Assembly: GCA_038736825.1 (NCBI GenBank)
Contig: JAVYME010000014.1
Span: 1-27,103 of the forward strand
Source: Candidatus Iainarchaeum sp.
GTDB lineage: Archaea; Iainarchaeota; Iainarchaeia; Iainarchaeales; DTGL01
DNA length: 27,103 nt
Direction: 5' to 3'
Below, one piece after another: positions 1 to 8,146 of this stretch. The notes beneath the pieces were generated by a model, which was not told where the DNA came from, did no database searches, and worked only from the letters and a program-made list of their open reading frames with translations. The number at the start of each line of letters is the position of its first letter. The first letter of the stretch is position 1. The position numbers and the translations under genes are program-made.

Positions 1-285
1 GTTGTTTTCAAGCACTATTTTTCCCTTTGTTGCATACCTTGTATGACCTAATACAAGTTCAGGCTCTCTTGCAATTGAATCGTTCATGAGGTTGTCAAAA
101 GTGTGCTGTGGAATGTCTTGGGCGTTGCCAGCCCATTTTTCAACCCTTTTCTGGTTTCCTTTCAAGAACAAAATGCCTGTTCCGTCATCACCGCGGTTTT
201 TCATGTTGTCCAAAAGGGCAAGGATTTTGTCAAGCAATACTGGTTGCCCTTTTTCTGGGACAATTCCCATAACACCGCAGCCCAT
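1..285 (-). CDS. purF: Amidophosphoribosyltransferase (class-II glutamine amidotransferase), N-terminal 95 codons only; runs off the window edge
   Basis: The minus frame is open from position 1 to the ATG at 285-283. It is absent from the ORF track because it is truncated by the edge. Translation: MGCGVMGIVPEKGQPVLLDKILALLDNMKNRGDDGTGILFLKGNQ...LGHTRYATKGKIVLENN. It shows an Ntn-type Cys near the N-terminus, an RG-DG-GI motif and GHTRY-T-G. RY rather than the RW of GlmS, plus a 1-nt TAATG stop/start overlap with purD, favours PurF. Confidence 0.6.
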   Translation of the reverse strand, partial: MGCGVMGIVPEKGQPVLLDKILALLDNMKNRGDDGTGILFLKGNQKRVEKWAGNAQDIPQHTFDNLMNDSIAREPELVLGHTRYATKGKIVLENN

Positions 286-1559
286 TAAAACGCCCTTCCT
301 ATGTCTTTTCTGAACTGCATTCCCTTGAAACTGATTTTTTTGACAGCAGAGTATGCTTTTTTTCTTGCCTCTTCAAGCGATTTTCCAAAGGAGGTAACTG
401 AAAGGATTCTTCCGCCTGCTGTGACAATCTTGTTACCCTCAAGAGCGGTTCCGGCATGGAAAACCTTCACTCCATCAATTTTTTCAGCTTCAGAAATGCC
501 TTTTATTTCTCTCTTTTCAGTGCAGGTTTTTTCAGGATAGCCTTGTGCAGCCAGAGTTACAGCAATAGCACTGCCTTGTTTCCATTTTATTTTTTTGGCA
601 ATCCTGTCAAGGCAGCCATCACAACACGCTTCCAGTATTTCAAGCAAATCGCTTTCCAAAAGCATTAGAACTGGCTGGGTTTCAGGGTCACCGAATCGCA
701 CATTGAATTCCAAAAGAAAGGGATTGTTTTTTTTGTCCACTATCAAGCCAAAATAGAGAATTCCCGGATCGTGCATTTTTTCAATTTCAAGGCCTTTTAG
801 TGTGGGTTCCAAAATTTTTTTCCTGAATTTTTTTTTCACTGAATTGCTGAAAAGTGGTGCTGGGGCGAATGCTCCCATTCCCCCGGTGTTTGGGCCTTTG
901 TTTCCATCAAGCAATCGCTTGTGGTCTTTGCTTGCAGGCATTAAGGAAAAGGTTTTTCCGTCAGTGAAAGCCATTATTGTTAGTTCGCTGCCTTCAATCC
1001 ATTCCTCCACTATTATTTTTTTTCCAATGCCGCACTTTTTTTCCACAAGGAGTTGTTTTACTGCATTAATGCCTTCCTTTCGGTTTTTTGCAGGAATTGC
1101 GCCCTTGCCAGCGCACAATTCATCAGCTTTAACAAAAAACTTTCCTTTGTTTTTTTCAAAAAAGGATATTGCATCGCTTGTATCGGAAAACTCCCAAAAA
1201 TTGGGGCTTTGAACATTGTATTTTTTGCAAAAACTTCTTGCAAAGGACTTGCTTGATTCAAGCATTGCCTGTCTTTTTCCGAAACCGAATGCCTTTATTC
1301 CTTTGGCTCTGAAAAGGTCTGCAATTCCTTCAGAAAGTGGCTTTTCAGGGCCTATCACTACAAGGCGGGTTTTGTTTTTTTTTATGAACTCCATTGTTTG
1401 CCTGAAATCCTTGAATGAAATGTTTTCCAGTTTTTTGTCTGAAGCAGTTCCGGCATTGCCTTGAGTGCAATAAACTTTATTCAAGGAATTGCTTTTGGCG
1501 AGCGCCCACGCAATTGCATGCTCTCTTGCGCCAGAACCAATAACAATTGCTGAGTCCAA
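285..1559 (-). CDS. purD: Phosphoribosylamine--glycine ligase (GAR synthetase)
   Basis: 424-aa ORF. The N-terminus IVIGSGAREHAIAWALAKS matches the PurD GSGGREHA-AW signature, followed by an ATP-grasp core (GKGA..., EEWIEGSE, FNVRFGDPETQ) and a C-terminal GGRIL motif. The start is TTG at 1559, preceded by GGGGG. Confidence 0.9.
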   Translation of the reverse strand: MDSAIVIGSGAREHAIAWALAKSNSLNKVYCTQGNAGTASDKKLENISFKDFRQTMEFIKKNKTRLVVIGPEKPLSEGIADLFRAKGIKAFGFGKRQAMLESSKSFARSFCKKYNVQSPNFWEFSDTSDAISFFEKNKGKFFVKADELCAGKGAIPAKNRKEGINAVKQLLVEKKCGIGKKIIVEEWIEGSELTIMAFTDGKTFSLMPASKDHKRLLDGNKGPNTGGMGAFAPAPLFSNSVKKKFRKKILEPTLKGLEIEKMHDPGILYFGLIVDKKNNPFLLEFNVRFGDPETQPVLMLLESDLLEILEACCDGCLDRIAKKIKWKQGSAIAVTLAAQGYPEKTCTEKREIKGISEAEKIDGVKVFHAGTALEGNKIVTAGGRILSVTSFGKSLEEARKKAYSAVKKISFKGMQFRKDIGRAF

Positions 1560-1662
1560 CCAATGCCCCCTGAAGAAACCATTGAAAGTGGAAAAGGAAT
1601 AAAAAAGCCTATGAAAAAGCGAAGAAAAAACAGCAAAAAAAACAAAAATACCTTGTTCATTC

Positions 1663-1680
1663 TAAAAAGTTAACTTTTTA
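1663..1680. promoter_or_regulatory. Perfect 18-bp palindrome TAAAAAGTTAACTTTTTA in the divergent purD / coiled-coil gene intergenic region; candidate TATA/BRE or operator
   Basis: Read directly from the sequence; the reverse complement equals the sequence itself. It lies about 40 nt upstream of the ATG at 1721. Its right arm CTTTTTAAA is TATA-like. Confidence 0.3.
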
Positions 1681-1708
1681 AACTCTGGGTTTGCTATATA
1701 TATTATCA

Positions 1709-1716
1709 AGGGGGGT
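1709..1716 (+). promoter_or_regulatory. Shine-Dalgarno-like G-run (AGGGGGGT) 5 nt upstream of ATG 1721
   Basis: GGGGGG occupies 1710-1715 and the ATG is at 1721. Confidence 0.4.
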
Positions 1717-1720
1717 TTTT

Positions 1721-2665
1721 ATGGCTGAAAAAAAGAATGTTTCAAAAAAGCCCAAAAAAGCGAAGGGATTACTGGAAGAAATAAACACAAAAATACAAAA
1801 CAACAGAAAAAGGGCTTACGAGCTAAACAAAAAATTTGAAAAAGAAATAAAAGAAATAGCAAAAAAAGCAAAGGACACTCCAAAAAATTCCAAAAAAATA
1901 AAAGCGCTTGAAATTGAAGCCGAAAAAGCCAGAAAACAGGAGCGCTCCAACAGAAGGCGCCTGATTAAAATTGAAAACAAGCTCAAAAACGCTGTTGACG
2001 ACCTCAACATAGTAAAAACAATGCAATTGAAAGACTTTGAACAATTAAAGCGCAAAGTAAACGATCAAGGCGACTACATGGCAAAAGAATCCGCAAGGCT
2101 CAACGAAGTAATAGACTCTTTGAAAAGCGGAATCGCCAAAACCGGCACTGCAAGCACTATTTCAAAAATCACGGTTGCCGGAAAAAAGGTTTCTGGGGGG
2201 AACGAAATGGGAAACGAAGACATCGCAATAAGGCTCACAAGCCTTTATTTCCAAGAAGTTGCAAGAACAGGTTTCAAAAAATCTCTCACATTAAGCGAAA
2301 TAATCAACGCCTACCAGTATGTTTTGGGAAGGCTTGAGGCAGCAGGAACAACTCCACAGGTTCCAGCAACACCTGTAAAAGAAACAATAATCAAGCAGGA
2401 AACTGTCTCAAAAGATGCAGAAAACCTCATGAAAGACATAGAAAAACTAAAAGCCTCAATAGACTCAGAAGCCCTTGAAAAGCTTCCAGAAAAAAAAGCC
2501 AGCGGATTCGCCTACACTAACAAAAAAGGAGTGACATATTACCTTCACAAAAAAGGCAAGCTTTTCTTCTTCTCAAAAGACCCAATGAACGCAATAGACA
2601 AGCCTGCAGACATGTATGTTGTCGAAAACAAGCAGACAGGACTGCCCCTCGTGAAAAGGAAATAA
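1721..2665 (+). CDS. Lys/Glu-rich coiled-coil protein with a compact C-terminal domain; hypothetical
   Basis: The ORF track starts at TTG 1691. I prefer ATG 1721 (MAEKKNVSKKPKK) because it follows the G-run SD. About 140 aa of N-terminal heptad-like K/E-rich sequence, a mid region, then a C-terminal YTNKKGVTYYLHKKGKLFFFSKD...VVENKQTGLPLVKRK motif. No enzymatic motif recognised. Confidence 0.7.
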   Translation: MAEKKNVSKKPKKAKGLLEEINTKIQNNRKRAYELNKKFEKEIKEIAKKAKDTPKNSKKIKALEIEAEKARKQERSNRRRLIKIENKLKNAVDDLNIVKTMQLKDFEQLKRKVNDQGDYMAKESARLNEVIDSLKSGIAKTGTASTISKITVAGKKVSGGNEMGNEDIAIRLTSLYFQEVARTGFKKSLTLSEIINAYQYVLGRLEAAGTTPQVPATPVKETIIKQETVSKDAENLMKDIEKLKASIDSEALEKLPEKKASGFAYTNKKGVTYYLHKKGKLFFFSKDPMNAIDKPADMYVVENKQTGLPLVKRK

Positions 2666-2671
2666 AATTCC

Positions 2672-2704
2672 TTTTCCTTTTTTTATTTTTCATTTTCCAT
2701 TTTT
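2672..2704 (+). terminator. Cluster of oligo-T tracts (T4, T7, T5, T4, T5) after the stop at 2665; archaeal-style terminator
   Basis: Sequence cttttcctttttttatttttcattttccattttt lies directly downstream of TAA 2663-2665. Confidence 0.4.
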
Positions 2705-2710
2705 GCGATA

Positions 2711-2720
2711 AAAATAAATA
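2711..2720 (+). promoter_or_regulatory. TATA-like box AAAATAAATA centred about 27 nt upstream of ATG 2743 (leaderless-type spacing)
   Basis: A/T box position relative to the ATG. No SD lies between the box and the ATG. Confidence 0.35.
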
Positions 2721-2742
2721 ATGGAAAAACCTACTTTTAAAC

Positions 2743-4716
2743 ATGCGAAATTATGCCTTTTTTGCCCTGTTTATCACCATATGCTTGCTTTTCCTGGCAG
2801 GATGCACTAAAAACCAACCGCTTTGCGGCAATGGAATATGCGAAAAAGGCGAGAACAGCCAAAACTGCCAGCCAGACTGCCTTTTTGAAACCACTGGAAA
2901 AGCCAAACAGCTTTCAAAAATTATTGCAAGTGCAATAGAACAAAAAGGCTCTGTCCAAGAAATTCCCGCACTACAATTGGAACCCGGAGAAAAAATTTCC
3001 CTAAAAGAAACAGCCTCGCTTGCCAACATAGAACTATCAAGCCTTTGCTATAGCCCAGGCGCACTTTCAAATCAGCAAATCTTAAGACTGTCAATCGAAT
3101 ACACTCTAGAATCATTATCAAAAAAAACAGAGGAAATAAAGTTTAGCGCGCTATGCATGGAAGACATGAATTCACTAAAAAAAGAAATGATTTCACTAGC
3201 ACAATCAGATTCAGCTTTTGATGCAAACAAACTTGAAAAATGCAATTGCACAAGCAAACCCTGCTGTGCAATTGTGCTTGGCAGTGAAAAAATAAAAGCA
3301 AGCGATTCAAATGTTTCAAAGGAACTTTCAAAGCCCTGCAAGGATTTAGCCTCACTCATAAAATCCAGGCTTGGCACAGACTGCAATGATGCTGGCTTTA
3401 GCTCAAAAGCAGACCTTGACGGAGACCTTCAAGTCTCACAAAAAGACCTATCGCTTTTTGAAGCCATGAATCCAGAAGAAACATGGTGCCTTGAAAGACT
3501 GGCAATAAAGGACACTCTCTGCATAAACCAAAACCAAGGCCCAAAGCCAAGTGATGTTTTCATTAAAAGCATTTCAGTCAAAGAGTTCAGCATTGGCTTT
3601 TCAATCCCATGCTATTTTGACATTTCCGCAGAAGTTGGCTTTTCAGGAGAAAAAGCCCCAAAAGAAAAAATAAAAGCATTGTTCAAGATAGCCTTTGACA
3701 AAAACACTGAAGTTTCACTAGCTTCAGAAGTAAGAGTTGACGGCAACTCTTTGGCAAGCGCAAGGGTTCCCTGCAAGTTCACTGAACCAGGAAAATACAT
3801 TGCATCCCTAGAACTATTCCCAGAACCAATTATTTTTGATGCCAATCCAGCAAACAACAAGCTGGAAAAGGAAATAATAATCACTCAAAACAGCATTGAT
3901 TCAAAATTCCCAGACCTCGAAATCTCAGATTTAACCTTAACCCCAAAAGAAATCGCGCCAGACCAGCCTTTCGCAATAAACTATTCTATAATGAATTCTG
4001 GCAAGACAACCTTTCAAAGCAAGGACTTCATTGAACTAAGGCTTCAAGTCGGCGAGCAAACCACAACCCTTCAAGTTCCAGTCCTGAATATTGAACCATT
4101 GCATCGCACTGAAATATTCCAATATGTTATAGGCAAAAACTCTCAAATAGGCACAATAAAAACGCCAGGCATTTTCAGGGTTAGTTTATTAATAGACCCA
4201 CAAGGAAAAATAGTGGAAAAAAGCAAAGCCAACAATCAAAAAGCCACAGACTTGATTGTTTTGGGCTACAATGCCCCGCCAAACCCAAAAAACTGTTATG
4301 AAAACGATGCTGGCCTTTCAAAGCCAGAGGAAGAAATCCAAGGTGGTTGCATAACAATCGGGGGAACCTATTTGGAAGACTCTTGCAAGAACAACACAGA
4401 ATTAAGTGAAGCATTCTGCTCTTTAAACTCTTGCTCAGTGAAAACAATCAACTGCATTCAAGCAGGCTATGAAGGTTGCAAGAACGGAGCATGCTATAAA
4501 GAAAGCACGCCAGACTGCACTGACAGCGATTCTGGAATGGGTTCAGCCTCGATTTCCATAAAAGGAACCTGCAAAGACTCGTTTTGGCCAGTCAGCGACA
4601 GCTGTGTAAGCGGCTATCTTTTTGAAACATTTTGCCAAAACGGTTATTGCCTTGAAAAAAAAGTGGATTGCAAGGAAAACGGTTTCAATGCTTGCATTGA
4701 CGGCGCATGCAAGTAA
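2743..4716 (+). CDS. Secreted/surface lipoprotein, Cys-rich and modular: lipobox, CGNGICE module, six-Cys domain, dockerin/EF-hand-like loop, two CARDB-like Ig domains, two C-terminal Cys-rich repeats
   Basis: Signal peptide plus lipobox in MRNYAFFALFITICLLFLAG-C. CGNGICEKGENSQNCQPDC. DLDGDLQVSQKDLSLFE (aa 224-240). CARDB-like PDLEISDLTLTP...NSGKTTF...IDPQGKIVEKSKANN (aa 388-507) and a weaker copy at aa 270-380. Two repeats at aa 518-584 and 592-656, each ending C-x-[ND]-GAC. Confidence 0.8.
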   Translation: MRNYAFFALFITICLLFLAGCTKNQPLCGNGICEKGENSQNCQPDCLFETTGKAKQLSKIIASAIEQKGSVQEIPALQLEPGEKISLKETASLANIELSSLCYSPGALSNQQILRLSIEYTLESLSKKTEEIKFSALCMEDMNSLKKEMISLAQSDSAFDANKLEKCNCTSKPCCAIVLGSEKIKASDSNVSKELSKPCKDLASLIKSRLGTDCNDAGFSSKADLDGDLQVSQKDLSLFEAMNPEETWCLERLAIKDTLCINQNQGPKPSDVFIKSISVKEFSIGFSIPCYFDISAEVGFSGEKAPKEKIKALFKIAFDKNTEVSLASEVRVDGNSLASARVPCKFTEPGKYIASLELFPEPIIFDANPANNKLEKEIIITQNSIDSKFPDLEISDLTLTPKEIAPDQPFAINYSIMNSGKTTFQSKDFIELRLQVGEQTTTLQVPVLNIEPLHRTEIFQYVIGKNSQIGTIKTPGIFRVSLLIDPQGKIVEKSKANNQKATDLIVLGYNAPPNPKNCYENDAGLSKPEEEIQGGCITIGGTYLEDSCKNNTELSEAFCSLNSCSVKTINCIQAGYEGCKNGACYKESTPDCTDSDSGMGSASISIKGTCKDSFWPVSDSCVSGYLFETFCQNGYCLEKKVDCKENGFNACIDGACK

Positions 4717-4726
4717 AGCAAAACAA

Positions 4727-6559
4727 TCATGCTTCCTTCCTTAAAATGCAAAAAACCAATAGTGCAACAGAAAACAGGAAAAGCACTATTGCTTCAGCAA
4801 AATTTGCAGAAAACTGTGTTCCCTTCAAGATTACGCCAGAAAACAAATTAATTGCAATAGTCAAAGGCAGGAATTCTGCAAACTGTCCAAGCAAAACCGG
4901 CATGAATTCCACTGGAAAAACAACACCGCTCAAGAAAAGCATTGGAATCATTACAACAAGCGAGCTAAGGATAAGGGTTGATTCTGTTCTTGCAAAATTC
5001 GCAAGAAATACGCCCATGGAAGCAAAACAAAATGAAACAAGGGAAAGCGCTAATATTAGATCCAAAGGCGAGCCAGCCATTCTAACTTGGAAGACAAAAA
5101 AGAACAGGAAAAGGATTATGGCTGCCTCAAAAAAAGCAAAAAATGTTTGGCCGAGTATTTTGCCCAAAAGCCACACTGTTTTAGGAGTAGTGGAAAGCAT
5201 TGCCCTGAAAGCAACACCATACTCTCTCTCCCTTAAAACAGAGGTTCCAGAGAGAAGGACAACAGTCAACAAGAGAACCAAGGCAAGGCACACTGGGGTT
5301 ATAACTGAAAGATTTTCTGAAGGGTAAAGATAGAATTCTTTAACCCTCAATGGAGCAATCAGAAAACCAGGATCGTATTTTTGGAATTCTGCAAGAGTTC
5401 CAGAAAGCGAAGAAAAAAGCTCTTTTGTTCTCTTTAAGTCTGCCTCTATTTTGTCCTGAGAATCCAGTCCTTGCTGCATCAAACCGTTTGTTTCCTCTAC
5501 AAGGCCTTGAAGCTCTCCAAGCAGTTTGTTGAAACCCTCAACAGTTGCCTTGGAAGAATCAATTTTGGTTCCTGCAGAGGCAAGTGCAATGCTTGCCTTT
5601 TCAATTCTTGCATTTATTTCAACGGTTTTCTTAAGAGCAGAATCAATCTCAACAATAGTCAAGTCTATTTCCTCTATTTTTTTGTCAAGATCTTTTTCTA
5701 TTTTTTCAAGCCTTAATGCGAGTTCTCCGACTGCAAGGCTTCTGGCATTTGCCACTTCCAGCTTGAGTTGCCCTAATTCCGCCTTATACTGTATAAGCCT
5801 GTTTTTTGCAGCTTCCATTTTTGCAGAGAAAACCAAAAGGTCTGATTTTGATGCCTCTAAATCGCCCTTTGTAGCGTTCAAGTCTGCTTTGAGTTCAACA
5901 TAATCGGCTTCAAACTGGCTGACTTTCTCAAACAAGGGAGCAAGCTGTATGGAATTTATTTTGGCTCGCATTGTCTGCATTCTTTCCTTGTCTTCTTTTA
6001 TGGATTCAAGGAATACGTCCACGCTTTTTTGTTGCTCGTTTAATTTTGATTTTATCCATTCCAGGTCACTCCAAATGGCGCTTATAATTTCCTGTGATTT
6101 TTTGTAACGGACATTTTCAAGCCCCATAAACACTTGGCTTGCAATAGACTTTGAACCAAACAAAGAGGAATTGTCTATGAAAAGGTTGACATCCACTGGC
6201 TCATTCCTTGCACTTGGATTGCCTACTGCAAAGCCTATCCTGGCAATTCTTGATCTAACAGCCTCTTTTGCCAGTTCCGGGGTTTTAACCCTTCTAATGC
6301 TTATGTTGTTGAAATCGCTTATGCGTTTGAGGAAATCGGAAAAGTCAAAATTGGCTGAATCTTGGGGAACATATACTGCAACATCGGGTTTTTCCACGCC
6401 TGATTCTCCAAAATAGCTGGCAAAAAAATCCTTTCCACTGAAAGCAGCTGCAACAACAAGAACCACAAGCAAGGGATATATTACAGTAAGTGCTATGGAA
6501 GAGCTTTGGGTTTTGACAAGCTTTACCTCTTTCCAGGCAATCCTAAAAATCCTCAGCAT
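4727..6559 (-). CDS. ABC-2 type transporter permease with a large extracytoplasmic coiled-coil insert (YhgE/Pip-like architecture)
   Basis: N-terminal TM helix (SSSIALTVIYPLLVVLVVAAAF), about 350 aa of heptad-rich sequence, then a C-terminal cluster of about 5 TM helices typical of ABC-2 permeases. It overlaps the upstream ATPase gene by 17 nt. Confidence 0.8.
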   Translation of the reverse strand: MLRIFRIAWKEVKLVKTQSSSIALTVIYPLLVVLVVAAAFSGKDFFASYFGESGVEKPDVAVYVPQDSANFDFSDFLKRISDFNNISIRRVKTPELAKEAVRSRIARIGFAVGNPSARNEPVDVNLFIDNSSLFGSKSIASQVFMGLENVRYKKSQEIISAIWSDLEWIKSKLNEQQKSVDVFLESIKEDKERMQTMRAKINSIQLAPLFEKVSQFEADYVELKADLNATKGDLEASKSDLLVFSAKMEAAKNRLIQYKAELGQLKLEVANARSLAVGELALRLEKIEKDLDKKIEEIDLTIVEIDSALKKTVEINARIEKASIALASAGTKIDSSKATVEGFNKLLGELQGLVEETNGLMQQGLDSQDKIEADLKRTKELFSSLSGTLAEFQKYDPGFLIAPLRVKEFYLYPSENLSVITPVCLALVLLLTVVLLSGTSVLREREYGVAFRAMLSTTPKTVWLLGKILGQTFFAFFEAAIILFLFFFVFQVRMAGSPLDLILALSLVSFCFASMGVFLANFARTESTLILSSLVVMIPMLFLSGVVFPVEFMPVLLGQFAEFLPLTIAINLFSGVILKGTQFSANFAEAIVLFLFSVALLVFCILRKEA

Positions 6560-7772
6560 TCTTTAAGCCCTCCGCTTTCCCAACAATGTTGAAAAAAACA
6601 TCCTCAAGAGTTGGTTCCCCCAAAACAAAGGAAACAACCCTTTCTCCAGAAACCTTAAGCATTTTGTCAATCTTGTAAGCACTTTCAATAGAGCCCTCGC
6701 CAAAAACAGAAATAAACAATTCGTTTCCCTTTTGCCTTACAACAGCGCCTGGCACAAGAGCCTTTATTTTTTCAATAGTGGACTCTGAAGGCTCGCTTTC
6801 AAGGGAAAGCATTATTGCCGTGTTGCCGCCATATTCTCTAACCAGCTGCTGTGGCTTGCCTTTGACTAAAACCTTTCCAGAAAAAAGCAAAACTATTTCA
6901 TCGCAAAGCCGTGATGCTTCATCCATGTAATGAGTTGTTATTAAAACCGACTTGCCGGCATCCCTCATTTCAGAAATCCTCACCCAGAGAAGTTTTCTAA
7001 ATTTTGGGTCCAATCCAACTGTTGGCTCATCCAAAAAAACCAGTTCTGGATCGTGTACAATAGAACACGCTATGTTAAGCAAGCGCCTGTAGCCACCACT
7101 CAAGTTTTCGGCTTTTTGCTTCATGAAATCCTTCAAACCAAGCCATTCCAAAAGAAATCTCTTTCTTTCCTCAAGCCGTTTGCCACTCAAACCGTAAAGC
7201 ATGCCAAAAAAGGCAATGTTTTCCTCCACAGAAAACTTTCTGTAAAACATTTCCTCTTGCGGCACAACCCCCAGATGGCGCTTAAGAGAAGCAGTGCTTC
7301 TCCCAACAGTCTCACCCTTAAAAGAAAAAGAACCGCTGTCTGCATGCAAGAAACCAGAAAGTATCTTTATCAGCGTGCTCTTCCCTGAACCATTTGGCCC
7401 CAAAAGACCCAAAATAGTGCCCTCTGTGAAAGAAAAACTCACATTATTCAAAACAGTCCGCTTGCCAAACCTTTTCACAATACTTTCAACTGAAAGAACA
7501 GTGTTCAATATTGGCTTTTTTCCAGAAAAAACTGGGCTTTTGCCAGTTTGTTCCAAAAACCTGTTCTCCCCATAATTTCCTTGAGGATTGCCAGTTGCAC
7601 TAGAAAACCCCTTAAGTTCTCTCCTTTCCTGCAAAAAACTGTCTTTTTTGACAGAAAAATCGCCATCAAGAGAATCCTTTGCATCCTCAAGCTCTCTCTT
7701 AATTTTGGAAACACTTTCCATTAAATCACTTGCAGAACCTTCAGAATCACCACTAGACAGCCTTTCAGTCAT
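6543..7772 (-). CDS. ABC transporter ATP-binding protein with an approximately 90-aa acidic N-terminal extension
   Basis: Walker A GPNGSGKST, signature LSGGYRRLL, Walker B LVFLDEPTVGLD, and an H-loop TTHYMDEA. The only in-frame Met codons upstream of the ABC domain are residues 1 and 18, so the extension appears real. Confidence 0.9.
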   Translation of the reverse strand: MTERLSSGDSEGSASDLMESVSKIKRELEDAKDSLDGDFSVKKDSFLQERRELKGFSSATGNPQGNYGENRFLEQTGKSPVFSGKKPILNTVLSVESIVKRFGKRTVLNNVSFSFTEGTILGLLGPNGSGKSTLIKILSGFLHADSGSFSFKGETVGRSTASLKRHLGVVPQEEMFYRKFSVEENIAFFGMLYGLSGKRLEERKRFLLEWLGLKDFMKQKAENLSGGYRRLLNIACSIVHDPELVFLDEPTVGLDPKFRKLLWVRISEMRDAGKSVLITTHYMDEASRLCDEIVLLFSGKVLVKGKPQQLVREYGGNTAIMLSLESEPSESTIEKIKALVPGAVVRQKGNELFISVFGEGSIESAYKIDKMLKVSGERVVSFVLGEPTLEDVFFNIVGKAEGLKNAEDF

Positions 7773-7907
7773 TTAAATCCAACCAAAGCCGGACAAAAAA
7801 AACCGGTTCTGAAATAAATAAACCTTGCAGGTTTAAATAGGTTTTGATTCCACAAAAGAAAAAGAAATAAAAAAATCAAGAAAAATTCTTCACTAAGCTA
7901 AAACAAA

Positions 7908-7980
7908 TAGCCCTGGAGAGATTCGAACTCCCGTCTGTGGGTCCAAAGCCCACCATGCTTGGCCTCTACACCACAGGGCT
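7908..7980 (-). tRNA. tRNA-Gln(TTG): tRNA-Gln (anticodon TTG), 73 nt, no encoded CCA, no intron
   Basis: Folded by hand into a cloverleaf. Acceptor AGCCCTG/CAGGGCT (A1-U72), anticodon stem GTGGG/CCCAC, loop CTTTGGA, T-arm GGGAG-TTCGAAT-CTCTC, discriminator A. Confidence 0.9.
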
Positions 7981-8005
7981 TTATGGCAATAATTGTTGTG
8001 GCAGG

Positions 8006-8014
8006 TTTTTAAAA
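8006..8014 (-). promoter_or_regulatory. TATA-like box (TTTTAAAAA on the minus strand) about 30 nt upstream of the tRNA-Gln 5' end
   Basis: A/T box position relative to 7980. Confidence 0.35.
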
Positions 8015-8146
8015 GTGTTTTGTGAAAGCCAAAAGAGGTTAAGTGGCATGACTCGCATATAAGGCTTAATTGGAAAAAAACCCAGAGGTTTTAATAGTAA
8101 AAGTGGCTGCATATTGTTAAAAAAAAATTGGAAGTATGTTTTCTAC

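Noticed and set aside
4707-5327. 206-aa plus-strand ORF
   Set aside because: It is entirely antisense to the C-terminal TM bundle of the ABC-2 permease. Its composition is low-complexity K/T/N-rich with no motifs, so it is an antisense shadow ORF.
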